A stretch of 64,000 bases of DNA from a virus. Below are positions 1-8,901 of this stretch, piece by piece (within the stretch, counting starts at the first letter, position 1; every line of letters begins with the position of its first letter). Both the position numbers and the translations under genes were made by a program. The stretch covers positions 32,001 through 96,000 of IMG/VR virus record IMGVR_UViG_3300026257_000002. One strand, given 5' to 3'. The notes below the pieces were generated by a model. The model saw nothing but the letters and a program-made list of their open reading frames with translations. It was not told where the DNA came from and did not search any database.

Positions 1-134
1 GTAAGTAATCGCTCACTAGGAAACTCCTGTCCTTCCAGTTCTTGAAGACGATAGATAAATGCTTCATAGTCCTTGCTTTGTTCTGATGTAACAGCGTCAA
101 CAAACTCAATGTATTTCTGTGTGTCGATGGTCAT
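1..134 (-). CDS. mazG: MazG-type nucleoside triphosphate pyrophosphohydrolase, 5' part only (truncated by window edge)
   Basis: Hand translation MTIDTQKYIEFVDAVTSEQSKDYEAFIYRLQELEGQEFPSERLLT; resembles the cyanophage MazG N-terminus and lies directly downstream of g41, its usual position. Confidence 0.7.
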   Translation of the reverse strand, partial: MTIDTQKYIEFVDAVTSEQSKDYEAFIYRLQELEGQEFPSERLL

Positions 135-137
135 AGA

Positions 138-1526
138 TTAAAATTTAAATTCAGTTAACTTTGCCATAGATGATTTACTTTGAGATCTGGCAACCTCCTC
201 AAAATTATACTCTTCCTGCCCTGAGTCAACAATGTCAACCTGAGCAGATTCCTCTACATCATACAACCTCATCTTCGCCCTGTCAATACCTATAACAAAT
301 CTTTTATATGATGTAGTATCGTTATAACGATTTTTAAGTTGCTTAATCATGAGTTGATTAATTCCTTCAAGTTCTTCTGTGCTGATAAGAGCAAACATAA
401 AGTCTGCAGTAGCAGGAAGTCCAAAAGACTCAGAGGTATCTGTAAGATCAATATCGCTAGCGCCATACCCAGAACGAGTAGTCTGAGTAGCCGAAACAAT
501 AGGGACGTTATGTTCTGCAGCAAGTCCACGAAGTTCTTCTGCAATCGCTTTGATGTTAGTATAAGAATTTACAAGTGCTCCTTTATAACGTGATGATGCA
601 CAGATGTTTAGATAATCAATAAAGATAATGTCTGGTTTAAAACTTTTCTTGAGTGAAAGTTCATTCAGAAGTGCCTTGAAGTGTCCACTGTGCGCTGACG
701 CTGTAGGATATTCTTTAATGATAAGTTTGCCGTTGGTCTTCTGTGCCAGTCTAGTTACTTTGGAACTGAAGATTTGTTCTGGCAGTTCTTCAATGTCCTT
801 GATGTTTACGTTGAGCAGATTCGCGTCAATGCGTTCTGCGATTTTTTCTTCCGCCATTTCCAACGTGATATATAAGACGTTTTTGCCTTGAAGGAGTGTC
901 GCAGCGGCCATGTGACACATAAACAAAGACTTACCCACCCCAGTACCAGCAAGTGCGATGTTGAGAGTTTTGTTAGAAATACCACCCTTCGTAATTTTAT
1001 TGAAGAGAGACAGATCGAATGGGATTTTGTTTTCATTTCTATGATAGAACTCGTAGCGACTTTCATAATCTTCTATGTAGTCATGCCCAATGTGCTCATC
1101 GAATGAAACACCCAATGCTTCCTGAAGAATTGATGGGATCGCATCTTCATTTCTCTTCTCATCCTGACCATCAGCAATCTTAACACTCTCTAGTAGTGCT
1201 AAGTAAACTGCACGTTGCTTACACCACTTTTCAGTAGCGTCAAGGATCCAACGATCATCAACTTCAGTGTTATCGATGTCAGTAATTTTTACTTGCAGTT
1301 CCTTATAAGAATCTTCATTCAGATCCTTGCGATTATCAACTTCAATAGAAAGTACTTCCTTGGTTGGTGGTTGACCATAGTTAACTACAAACTCATTAAT
1401 AATATCAAACAGAATTTTATCAGAGTAATCATTAAAATATTCTGGTTTCACGTAAGGAATAACCTTACGCATATAACTCTCGTTAGTAACGAGATTTTTC
1501 AGTATAGTACTTTCAATTACTTCCAT
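138..1526 (-). CDS. g41: Replicative DNA helicase gp41 (DnaB-like)
   Basis: Walker A AGTGVGKS, IFIDYLNI and SATQTTRSG motifs; likely start MEVIES at 1526, overlapping the uvsX stop (TGATG). Confidence 0.97.
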   Translation of the reverse strand: MEVIESTILKNLVTNESYMRKVIPYVKPEYFNDYSDKILFDIINEFVVNYGQPPTKEVLSIEVDNRKDLNEDSYKELQVKITDIDNTEVDDRWILDATEKWCKQRAVYLALLESVKIADGQDEKRNEDAIPSILQEALGVSFDEHIGHDYIEDYESRYEFYHRNENKIPFDLSLFNKITKGGISNKTLNIALAGTGVGKSLFMCHMAAATLLQGKNVLYITLEMAEEKIAERIDANLLNVNIKDIEELPEQIFSSKVTRLAQKTNGKLIIKEYPTASAHSGHFKALLNELSLKKSFKPDIIFIDYLNICASSRYKGALVNSYTNIKAIAEELRGLAAEHNVPIVSATQTTRSGYGASDIDLTDTSESFGLPATADFMFALISTEELEGINQLMIKQLKNRYNDTTSYKRFVIGIDRAKMRLYDVEESAQVDIVDSGQEEYNFEEVARSQSKSSMAKLTEFKF

Positions 1527-2539
1527 CAAGATCCATAGCAGAATTCTTTTTTGGCACATTCGTCAAGTTTTTGGAGGATTTCTTCAGTGAAGAACTTCTC
1601 TGGATCCTTGTAGATAGCAGAAGGATATACATTCCCATGCTCAGTCTTAACACGGTTACCAATACGTTCAAAGACTCCGTGCTGTTGACCCAGTTCCAAT
1701 AATCCGTAATACTTATCAAGTCCACGTTCGTCAAAAAATAACCTCGTTTCTACAATAGAATTTTCTTTAGTAAAGCGAGACTTATGTGCCTTCACTTTAA
1801 TAATGTTACCAACCTGCTCGGTGCCATCCTTCTCCTTCTTTTTAGAGAGAAACAGAATACTAGAAGCAGCATATTTAAGACCAGTGCCACCACCCATTTC
1901 CTTAGTAGGAACATAAGCACCAACAACTTCATAAGTGTGGTTAGTAACAATCAAAGGAATGCCTGCCTGACCCAACTTCAATGACAAAATTCTAAAGATA
2001 GACTTAATCACCTGAGCACGGGTCATGTCGCGGGTCTCCTTACCATCAGTGGCATCCTGCACTTCCTTGGAAGTAGACAGCATACCCAAAGAGTCTAGCA
2101 CAAAGAGGAGCGGTGGGCGATCCTCCTTCTTGAGTTTCATAAACTCATCAACAACCTTGATAGATTGTGTGCGAAACTCCTGAACTGTGGTTACAGGGAC
2201 AAGACCAACTCGCTTCACATCAATATCGCGAGTTGCCATCATATCCTTAGAGATAGCAGACTCCGACTCAAAGTAGATTACCTGACCTTCAGGATTCTGC
2301 TCAAGAAAGTTCTTTACGATTGAGAGGGCAAAGAAGGTTTTACCTGTACTGGACTCTCCTGCGAGGGCGGTGACTTTGTTTTGTGGGAGACCACCAAAAA
2401 TGCTCCCAGACACAAGAGCATTGAGGATGTAAGAGCCAGTGTCCACAAACGAATCACAATCCCCAGCGGCGATGCCTTCATCAACGATTGACGCAAATTC
2501 ATTATCTAACTCCTTGATAACGCTGTTTAAAAATGACAT
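1526..2539 (-). CDS. uvsX: RecA-like recombinase UvsX
   Basis: AGESSTGKT Walker [21 protein letters not shown]. Confidence 0.97.
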   Translation of the reverse strand: MSFLNSVIKELDNEFASIVDEGIAAGDCDSFVDTGSYILNALVSGSIFGGLPQNKVTALAGESSTGKTFFALSIVKNFLEQNPEGQVIYFESESAISKDMMATRDIDVKRVGLVPVTTVQEFRTQSIKVVDEFMKLKKEDRPPLLFVLDSLGMLSTSKEVQDATDGKETRDMTRAQVIKSIFRILSLKLGQAGIPLIVTNHTYEVVGAYVPTKEMGGGTGLKYAASSILFLSKKKEKDGTEQVGNIIKVKAHKSRFTKENSIVETRLFFDERGLDKYYGLLELGQQHGVFERIGNRVKTEHGNVYPSAIYKDPEKFFTEEILQKLDECAKKEFCYGS

Positions 2540-2544
2540 AATAA

Positions 2545-5040
2545 TTATGAAAAGAAACTGCTTAGTGAGCCAGTGCGCTCATGCTTCCACCCAATACATT
2601 CTATCACAGATTTCAGAGGTTCCAAGAAAGACTTCTCAAATTGCATCTGATGATTAATATATTTTTCTAACTTAAATTCTTTAGGAAGCGTATTAAAGAA
2701 TGATATGATATTCTCACCAATAGGATTTGGTGTTTTAAGGTAGATAAATTTTACCTTTTCCCCTTCTTGAATAAGAGGAAACTTATTAGTAATTTTATAC
2801 TGCTTAAGATAGTGATTATACAATAATGCACCTCTGACAGCAATAGGTGTACCCTTCTTATAAATCTCCGAATAACTCCGGTATTTTTCAAGACCATTAC
2901 ATCCTCTTGGGAATGAGATATCTATGTAACTTTGCTGTTGTGTTTCACGTTTGATGTCACTGATATAATCAATCATGTCATCATTGGTTCCTTTAATCAT
3001 GATCTTATATGCTTCCAGAAGTTTGTCTCTGAAATATGCTGGTGTAGATGAACGTTGTGTCTCCAGTCCCATGATCTTCATCTTAGGTTCCTTATAACGA
3101 ACACCCTCACTATCCCAGACATTAAGAATGTATCTCTTCTTAGCAGTCCAGATGCCACGGTTAGCGATGTTCTCGCGTTTCATTACCATCTTCTGCTGGT
3201 ATGCATTTACATACGTCGCCAGTTCTTGGTAACAACTTTCAATATAAGTTTCAAGTTCCACCTTACAGATCTTATCAAGGAAGTTAACAACCTTCTCATC
3301 AGACGGCGTTCCTCCTTTGAATACGTTCTTAACAAGATCACCCAGATCAAGATAAATGGAGTCAGTGTCCACAGCAATGACATAATTTTTATCACCCGAT
3401 TTTAAAATTTTATTAAGATACTCATTCATCTTATTCTCAATCCATCTGATCGAGAGTTGTCCCGAAAGAGTAATTGCTTCAGCGTTCTCCAGTCGAAAAT
3501 ACCTGAAGTATTCATTACCAATAGCACCATAAGCAGAGTTCAATTGGATCTTACGTGCCATCTGAATATTATTATACTTGGCGATGTCCTTAACAAGTTG
3601 AGGATCTTTAGTATTTTCATACTCTTGCTTGGCAGCAAGCATCTTTTTCTTGTAAATTGTACGCTCAGTATAAATCTTTTCCATCAACTTGGGAAGGAAA
3701 CCCTGTTTCTTTGTAGTGAACAAAGTTCCGTTAGGACATAGAGTGACGCCATCCAAAGTGCTAGTATCAATCTCACCATTGAGTAGTTTATCCACGTTGA
3801 TGCCGCTCACACGGTCATCTAGAAGGGTCTCAGGAGAGATATTATACTGCATGATGAGGTGTGGATACAATGAGTTAAGGTCAAAGTTCACAACCCAATC
3901 ATAAATGCCAGGAACAGGTTCCTTTACATAAGCACCAGCATACTGCTGATCTTTAGTGCTCTCAGTCTTAGGGGGAATAATAATATTATCTTGTGTGAGA
4001 GCATCGTAAATGATATTGTCCCACATACGAACCTGATAGAATACATCCTCAAAGTTTACCTTAGCATCATATGCCATAGTAACAGCGAGTTCAATCAGTT
4101 TCATTTTATCTTCCAACATGTCTACGAGTTCAACGTCATGGATGTTATACTCAATAAACTTCTGCCAATCACTACGATAAAAATCCTGGAAGTTTTCAAA
4201 CTCAGAGTGATCCAGTTTCTTCTGTCCAAGTTCCACAAAAGCAATATGGTCTAGACGATAAGATTCTTGGTTAGTATAAGTAAATTTCTGATATAGATCA
4301 TAATAGTCAAGGGTAGCAACACCGATGATATCATAATAGATCTTCTCCTGACCCTTCATAAACAACTTACGCTCACGAACAGAGTTCCATGGCGACATAG
4401 ATCTCATGTGCTTAATACTCAGCATACGATCAATGCGTCGGCAAATGAATGGCATATCAAAGAACTTAACATTCCATCCAGTGATAATATCAGGAGTTTT
4501 TTGCACCCAATACTCTAAGAACTTGAAAAGCAGTTCACGTTCATTCTCGCAATAAACATAATGAACGTCATCACGGGAGTTTTTAAACTCACCACAACCC
4601 CAAGTAATAATCTTCTTACTAGTAAAGTCTTTTACAGTAATACAAAGAATTTCTTCTCGTGCTTCCTCAACACTAGGAAATCCATTCTCTGATGTGGTCT
4701 CAATATCAAGAGACATGATATTGAGTTGACTAAAATCATAATCAACTTCCTTGGGATACTTACTCAGGATATACTGATATAAGTATTTGGTATTGCCATA
4801 GATAGTAAAATTATCTACTGCCTCATAAGTATTAACAAACTCTTTAGCATCTTTAATGCTACCAAGTTGAATAGGTTCTACACAGTCACCATCAAGAGTT
4901 TTATATTTGGTTTGATTTTTTGATGAGACATAAAGAGTCGGAGAGAAGTCTTCACGACGCTCAACCCTTCCACCTCCACTAAAACCACGATACAAAACTG
5001 TATCATTGATGATAGCAACATTAGTATAGAAATCCATCAA
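2545..5040 (-). CDS. g43: Family B DNA polymerase gp43
   Basis: Exonuclease DIETT, then [24 protein letters not shown]; 831 aa, uninterrupted. Confidence 0.98.
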   Translation of the reverse strand: MMDFYTNVAIINDTVLYRGFSGGGRVERREDFSPTLYVSSKNQTKYKTLDGDCVEPIQLGSIKDAKEFVNTYEAVDNFTIYGNTKYLYQYILSKYPKEVDYDFSQLNIMSLDIETTSENGFPSVEEAREEILCITVKDFTSKKIITWGCGEFKNSRDDVHYVYCENERELLFKFLEYWVQKTPDIITGWNVKFFDMPFICRRIDRMLSIKHMRSMSPWNSVRERKLFMKGQEKIYYDIIGVATLDYYDLYQKFTYTNQESYRLDHIAFVELGQKKLDHSEFENFQDFYRSDWQKFIEYNIHDVELVDMLEDKMKLIELAVTMAYDAKVNFEDVFYQVRMWDNIIYDALTQDNIIIPPKTESTKDQQYAGAYVKEPVPGIYDWVVNFDLNSLYPHLIMQYNISPETLLDDRVSGINVDKLLNGEIDTSTLDGVTLCPNGTLFTTKKQGFLPKLMEKIYTERTIYKKKMLAAKQEYENTKDPQLVKDIAKYNNIQMARKIQLNSAYGAIGNEYFRYFRLENAEAITLSGQLSIRWIENKMNEYLNKILKSGDKNYVIAVDTDSIYLDLGDLVKNVFKGGTPSDEKVVNFLDKICKVELETYIESCYQELATYVNAYQQKMVMKRENIANRGIWTAKKRYILNVWDSEGVRYKEPKMKIMGLETQRSSTPAYFRDKLLEAYKIMIKGTNDDMIDYISDIKRETQQQSYIDISFPRGCNGLEKYRSYSEIYKKGTPIAVRGALLYNHYLKQYKITNKFPLIQEGEKVKFIYLKTPNPIGENIISFFNTLPKEFKLEKYINHQMQFEKSFLEPLKSVIECIGWKHERTGSLSSFFS

Positions 5041-5291
5041 GCAGTAACATCACGATATAATTGTAGCAGACTATCCATAGGTTCAGTGATACTAATAATA
5101 TCAGTAGACCTAATAGGAACCTGCTTTTGATATGAATATGGAATAAAATTTTCTAAAGTAAAATCTGGAGCACATCCAGTTACTACTTTAGGGTTGATGA
5201 GCATACAATCAGTATCCTCGTCAGGACGTTCTTCAATCTCCGCTATCAGAAACGTCCCAATTTTCAACAACACAATCTTCACTGTCATCAC
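5037..5291 (-). CDS. Small conserved protein, putative Sm-like fold (paralog A)
   Basis: AGGAG SD; VKIVLLKIGTFLIAEIEE...LINP...FIPY...EP...LY pattern shared with four other ORFs in the window. Confidence 0.75.
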   Translation of the reverse strand: MMTVKIVLLKIGTFLIAEIEERPDEDTDCMLINPKVVTGCAPDFTLENFIPYSYQKQVPIRSTDIISITEPMDSLLQLYRDVTA

Positions 5292-5595
5292 GAACTCCTA
5301 CGTTTTGAATGTAACTTTCTTTAATATTATCTTGAGGATCACAAATAGTGACTATCCAATCTTTGTTAATAAAATACTCCTCTGATTTAGAAGTAGCAAG
5401 CCATGGAATGAAACTTAAAACACTATCCGATGGTTCATTAGCACCCTCATTAAGAACTGCTTGCTGAACTACTGTAACACGAACTGGTTTGATTAATACT
5501 GTACTGATAGTTTCCTGAGTATCGCGGTCAACGATCTCCCGAATATCAGCGACAAGTTCCTCCCCAGACTTGAGGAGAACTAACTGAATAGACAT
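5233..5595 (-). CDS. Small conserved protein, putative Sm-like fold (paralog B)
   Basis: AGGAG SD; IQLVLLKSGEELVADIRE...LIKP...FIPW...DP...SY. Confidence 0.8.
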   Translation of the reverse strand: MSIQLVLLKSGEELVADIREIVDRDTQETISTVLIKPVRVTVVQQAVLNEGANEPSDSVLSFIPWLATSKSEEYFINKDWIVTICDPQDNIKESYIQNVGVRDDSEDCVVENWDVSDSGD

Positions 5596-5617
5596 AAACT
5601 CCTAGAATTCAACTTTG

Positions 5618-5646
5618 ATTATAGCATGAGGTCAGTCGATTGACAA
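5618..5646 (-). promoter_or_regulatory. Sigma70-type (early/middle) promoter upstream of paralogs B/A and g43
   Basis: Minus strand TTGTCA-17 nt-TATAAT with extended TGn -10. Confidence 0.75.
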
Positions 5647-6342
5647 GCTGGCAACCTTAAGATTTCTTAAATGTGCTGACATTTTATCCAAATACCCACG
5701 GTTGCGTAGTTCCTTAAACACAAGGTTCTCTACAGCAAACTCACCACCACGTTGAATAGCAGATGATCTCATGTTACGCAGTTTCTCTTTCAACTTTTCA
5801 AATGCCTCACGGTCATCTGCCCTATTATCAATCAAGAAATCAATCTTCTCCATATAGTGTCTCACCTTATTAATGATATTAAGATCTGAAAGATCTACTT
5901 CCTGATATGTGGGACGACGCAACCATAGACTATTCATCAAGGAGAATACTCCTTGACCTGAGGGGGTGGGGTCTCTTCTATCTTGAGCGTAGAGTTCAAC
6001 ATCGTGTCCATAGATCTGAATATTATGGGTGAGAGTCCATAATTGCTTTTTGTCTCGTAAGTAATCATCAATGAGATCAGGACAATCGGCAATGTCTTCT
6101 TTGGAAACAATAAGATGGAGGTCCAGATCAGAATACTTAGTATAATTGTAATTGGCATTACCACCCACCAGAACTACATCAATTATAGCACTATTAGGAA
6201 CATTTGCAAACTCTGCCCACTCTTCTGCAATGCGAACTAGTCCCTGCATAACCTCAGGTTTCATTGCTTCACCAACCCAGATCTTAGGATTTAATTGCTG
6301 ATTATATCTTAGTGTAAGTTTTAAGTCTCTATATGTTTTCAT
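5632..6342 (-). CDS. Pol-beta superfamily nucleotidyltransferase
   Basis: VLVGGNANYNYTKYSDLDLHL (G[GS]...DxD) plus a later DVELY acidic strand. Confidence 0.75.
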   Translation of the reverse strand: MKTYRDLKLTLRYNQQLNPKIWVGEAMKPEVMQGLVRIAEEWAEFANVPNSAIIDVVLVGGNANYNYTKYSDLDLHLIVSKEDIADCPDLIDDYLRDKKQLWTLTHNIQIYGHDVELYAQDRRDPTPSGQGVFSLMNSLWLRRPTYQEVDLSDLNIINKVRHYMEKIDFLIDNRADDREAFEKLKEKLRNMRSSAIQRGGEFAVENLVFKELRNRGYLDKMSAHLRNLKVASLSID

Positions 6343-6839
6343 GCGTCAAATACGAATAAGTCAAACTTAGCATCATCTGCTGTGGTAGAAGTTGGATTAG
6401 ATACTGTACCAATAAAAGTAGTACCATTAACCTTTTCCATATTAACAACTAGTGGATCTCCTCTACCACTACTACCGTCAGTAGAATAATGACCTTGTGC
6501 TAATAGAAGGTAACTAGCAGTATCACCATAGTCGTGAGCCATCGTAAAGGTGAACTGGAATGAACCATATCCAGCTGGAGAGTTTATAGCACCAAAGGTT
6601 GCAGTAATACCTGCACCAGTCCAAGTACCTGCTGGTGATGATCCGAAATCAGTAAAAGAAGCAGTTCCTTTATACCTAGGACCACCTGTACCTGCTGCAA
6701 CACCACCTGCTGTGCTACCATCAGAAACTTTCAGGGTACCTATTGTAGGATCATAAAAAAGATCGCCCACTTTCCCAACAAAAGTAGATGCACTAGAACC
6801 ACCAAGTTTTTCTAAAAATGCTCTGTATACTGACGCCAT
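6339..6839 (-). CDS. Late-expressed protein with an Mtd-N/fibre-like N-terminal motif
   Basis: TFVGKVGDLFYDPTIGTLKVSDGSTAGG resembles the 62-aa ORF at 42418-42606; own late promoter. Confidence 0.6.
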   Translation of the reverse strand: MASVYRAFLEKLGGSSASTFVGKVGDLFYDPTIGTLKVSDGSTAGGVAAGTGGPRYKGTASFTDFGSSPAGTWTGAGITATFGAINSPAGYGSFQFTFTMAHDYGDTASYLLLAQGHYSTDGSSGRGDPLVVNMEKVNGTTFIGTVSNPTSTTADDAKFDLFVFDA

Positions 6840-6858
6840 TGTTATATACTTTTTTAAA

Positions 6859-6866
6859 TATTTATA
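6859..6866 (-). promoter_or_regulatory. T4-type late promoter TATAAATA
   Basis: Exact gp55 consensus about 20 nt upstream of the 6839 start. Confidence 0.85.
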
Positions 6867-6905
6867 AAAAAAAGAGGGTTGTCTGACTGTGACCAGGAAC
6901 CCTCT
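6866..6905 (-). terminator. Intrinsic terminator downstream of hsp20
   Basis: AGAGGGTT/AACCCTCT 8-bp stem with a 17-nt structured loop, then a T-run. Confidence 0.8.
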
Positions 6906-6920
6906 GCGACGACGATATTC
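6867..6920 (-). ncRNA. Candidate small RNA 2 (late-promoter motif to terminator, no ORF)
   Basis: CCTAAATA at 6926-6933 overlaps the hsp20 stop and is followed by about 55 ORF-less nt ending in the terminator. Confidence 0.35.
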
Positions 6921-6928
6921 AATTTTAT

Positions 6929-7369
6929 TTAGGCAGCAGTTAACTGATAAGTTTTTTTCTTCTGGTGATCAGGAACAATTCTCTTCAATCTGATCGTTAG
7001 AAGACCATTATCAAGTTTAACACTCGTCACTTCAACATCATCAGCAATAGTTCTACTCCAGGTAAATGAACGTCTACCAATTCCCCTCTGTAAATATTCA
7101 TAATCAGGGTTATCAGTTTGAGGTTTCATACACTGAACAAACAATTTATTCGATTCAGTTTCAACTTTAATATCTTCTTTAGTGTAACCAGCAAGTGCCA
7201 GTTCTAATCTAAAGTCAACACTAGATTCTTTAATAAGATTATGCGGTGGATAATTTACATCCGAATCATGGACTGCAGCAAATCTCCTAATCCATTCATC
7301 CATACCAATACCATATCTTGATGCGTCATTCAATAGTGCATCAATGTCAGCAATGTTATACTTAACCAT
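6929..7369 (-). CDS. hsp20: Small heat-shock protein (Hsp20/IbpA family)
   Basis: NYPPHNL, LELALAGY, RGIGRRSFT, NGLLTIRL; likely start MVKYN at 7369 after an AAGGAG SD. Confidence 0.95.
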   Translation of the reverse strand: MVKYNIADIDALLNDASRYGIGMDEWIRRFAAVHDSDVNYPPHNLIKESSVDFRLELALAGYTKEDIKVETESNKLFVQCMKPQTDNPDYEYLQRGIGRRSFTWSRTIADDVEVTSVKLDNGLLTIRLKRIVPDHQKKKTYQLTAA

Positions 7370-7402
7370 GTGGTCTCTCCTTAAATAAGCGAGTAACGTT
7401 GT

Positions 7403-7423
7403 GTGGACCCCGAAGGCATCCAC
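7403..7423 (-). promoter_or_regulatory. C(UUCG)G-capped hairpin at the 5' end of the hsp20 late mRNA
   Basis: GTGGATGCC-TTCG-GGGTCCAC immediately after the late promoter. Confidence 0.65.
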
Positions 7424-7426
7424 AAA

Positions 7427-7434
7427 TATTTATA
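7427..7434 (-). promoter_or_regulatory. T4-type late promoter TATAAATA for hsp20
   Basis: Exact consensus. Confidence 0.85.
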
Positions 7435-7441
7435 GCACAAC

Positions 7442-7475
7442 AAAAAAAAGCAGATACAGTATAAACCGTATCTGC
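7442..7475 (-). terminator. Intrinsic terminator downstream of regA
   Basis: GCAGATACGGT-TTAT-ACTGTATCTGC stem-loop followed by T8. Confidence 0.9.
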
Positions 7476-7522
7476 CTATAAGGGTTTCCGACTTTTGTAG
7501 AGACCGCACGAAAAGAGTCTCA
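7442..7522 (-). ncRNA. Candidate small RNA 1 (late-promoter motif to terminator, no ORF)
   Basis: CATAAATA at 7527-7534 overlaps the regA stop; then a GAGAC/GTCTC hairpin, an A-rich linker and the terminator. Confidence 0.4.
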
Positions 7523-7529
7523 ATCTTAT

Positions 7530-7970
7530 TTATGTTGCTGTATTTGGGTCTACTTTTTTCTTACCAATATTATATTTTGCCTCAAGCGTCCATTCAACTT
7601 TTTCTTTATATGCAATAACTTTAATCTGATTCAATGGTGATACATCCTCAATTTCTTCAGGCTTAAGTACACTAATTAATTCCCAATCAACTAAAAGTTG
7701 AGTGATACGATTACGACGCTGAACGTCATTCAATGTAAGATTAGATCTCTTACCATCAAGTGCAAATAATTCTTTAAAATGAACAATATAATACCTACCT
7801 TGCTTATGCAAGATATGGCAAGACTGATAGAGTTTCTTTTCTTTCCTAGACGCAACTCCAATCCTTGTCAAAGTCTCACGGACCTTGAGGAAATCATCAG
7901 GTTCATTAAGTAATACTTCCACCATATCGGTGGGTTCCCATGTTACTTCAATATCAGTTGATGTCGTCAT
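7530..7970 (-). CDS. regA: Translational repressor RegA
   Basis: FLKVRETLTRIGVASRKEKKLYQSCHILHKQGRYYIVHFKELFALDG. Confidence 0.97.
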   Translation of the reverse strand: MTTSTDIEVTWEPTDMVEVLLNEPDDFLKVRETLTRIGVASRKEKKLYQSCHILHKQGRYYIVHFKELFALDGKRSNLTLNDVQRRNRITQLLVDWELISVLKPEEIEDVSPLNQIKVIAYKEKVEWTLEAKYNIGKKKVDPNTAT

Positions 7971-8350
7971 TGTTTACCACCTTTACTCAATTTAAGTTTA
8001 ATACAATTTAGCTGTTCGTCAGAAAGAAGACTAAGAGCGGATCGTGCTTTCTCATTACTATAACCATAATAAGTTTTCACTATTTCCAGATCTGTAATTT
8101 TTTCTTTTTTTAACCACGGAGAAAATCTCCGTTTTGGTCTGACAATATTTAGCAAAAATTCATATTGTAGTTTTTTAGAAAGATGATGGTTAATATTAAC
8201 CTCATTCGCCACCATGATTGTATCTATAAACCCAGACAAACACTTGTTAACAATGAATGGTGGATATTCGTTTTTGTTCTCATCAGTCATGATGTTTTGT
8301 TTCTCATGATTGATGGAGTTCAACCAATGCTTTAGTTCAGTTTGAATCAT
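7967..8350 (-). CDS. g62: Clamp loader small subunit gp62
   Basis: YPPFIVNKCLS...RPKRRFSPW...YYGYSNEKA; position before regA. Confidence 0.92.
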   Translation of the reverse strand: MIQTELKHWLNSINHEKQNIMTDENKNEYPPFIVNKCLSGFIDTIMVANEVNINHHLSKKLQYEFLLNIVRPKRRFSPWLKKEKITDLEIVKTYYGYSNEKARSALSLLSDEQLNCIKLKLSKGGKQ

Positions 8351-8895
8351 CTTAGTTGGTAATATTGACTTTTATTATATCCACTGATTATAGAAGAATG
8401 AATATCCATTGCCATGGTAATTCTAACCTCAGAACTTGTGTTAGGAGAAACCCAGTGGTAGACAGAAGAAGAAAACATCATAAGTTCTCCTCTATGATTC
8501 TCATATTTTTCTCCCTCAAACCACGTACCAACTCCAGGATCTCCTCCTAGGAAAAGATTACTACATGTCCAATCTCTTAGTGGTGCTCCAGGTGCATTAG
8601 GGTTACGATGGCAATGTCTTGCAATGCCCTCACCTTCCCTAAAAGTATTTGCCCAGCATTGAATAAATTTTTTCCTCCCAACAATAATCCTCAACTTAGG
8701 AACAATAATTGATGAGACAACTTTATCATTGAGATAGTTGTGACACCAATGTCTTCCAGTTAAAGAATTGTCAGCAGTTCCATTATGAAGATCATCACCC
8801 AAAGACTTGACATGATCTTCAGTTTCCAAGATCCTATCGTAAATGGTATCACATTCTTCAATACTAAGAAAATTTGGAATCTTAAACAGGTTCAT
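8347..8895 (-). CDS. 2OG-Fe(II) oxygenase superfamily protein
   Basis: WANTFREGEGIARHCH ... LMMFSSSVYHWV ... RITMAMD (HxH/H/R pattern). Confidence 0.75.
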   Translation of the reverse strand: MNLFKIPNFLSIEECDTIYDRILETEDHVKSLGDDLHNGTADNSLTGRHWCHNYLNDKVVSSIIVPKLRIIVGRKKFIQCWANTFREGEGIARHCHRNPNAPGAPLRDWTCSNLFLGGDPGVGTWFEGEKYENHRGELMMFSSSVYHWVSPNTSSEVRITMAMDIHSSIISGYNKSQYYQLR

Positions 8896-8901
8896 AATTA
8901 G

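Noticed and set aside
5640-5670. Plus-strand promoter at TTGACA (5640-5645)
   Set aside because: It is only the complement of the minus-strand TTGTCAA; there is no -10 at 16-18 nt, unlike at 15881.
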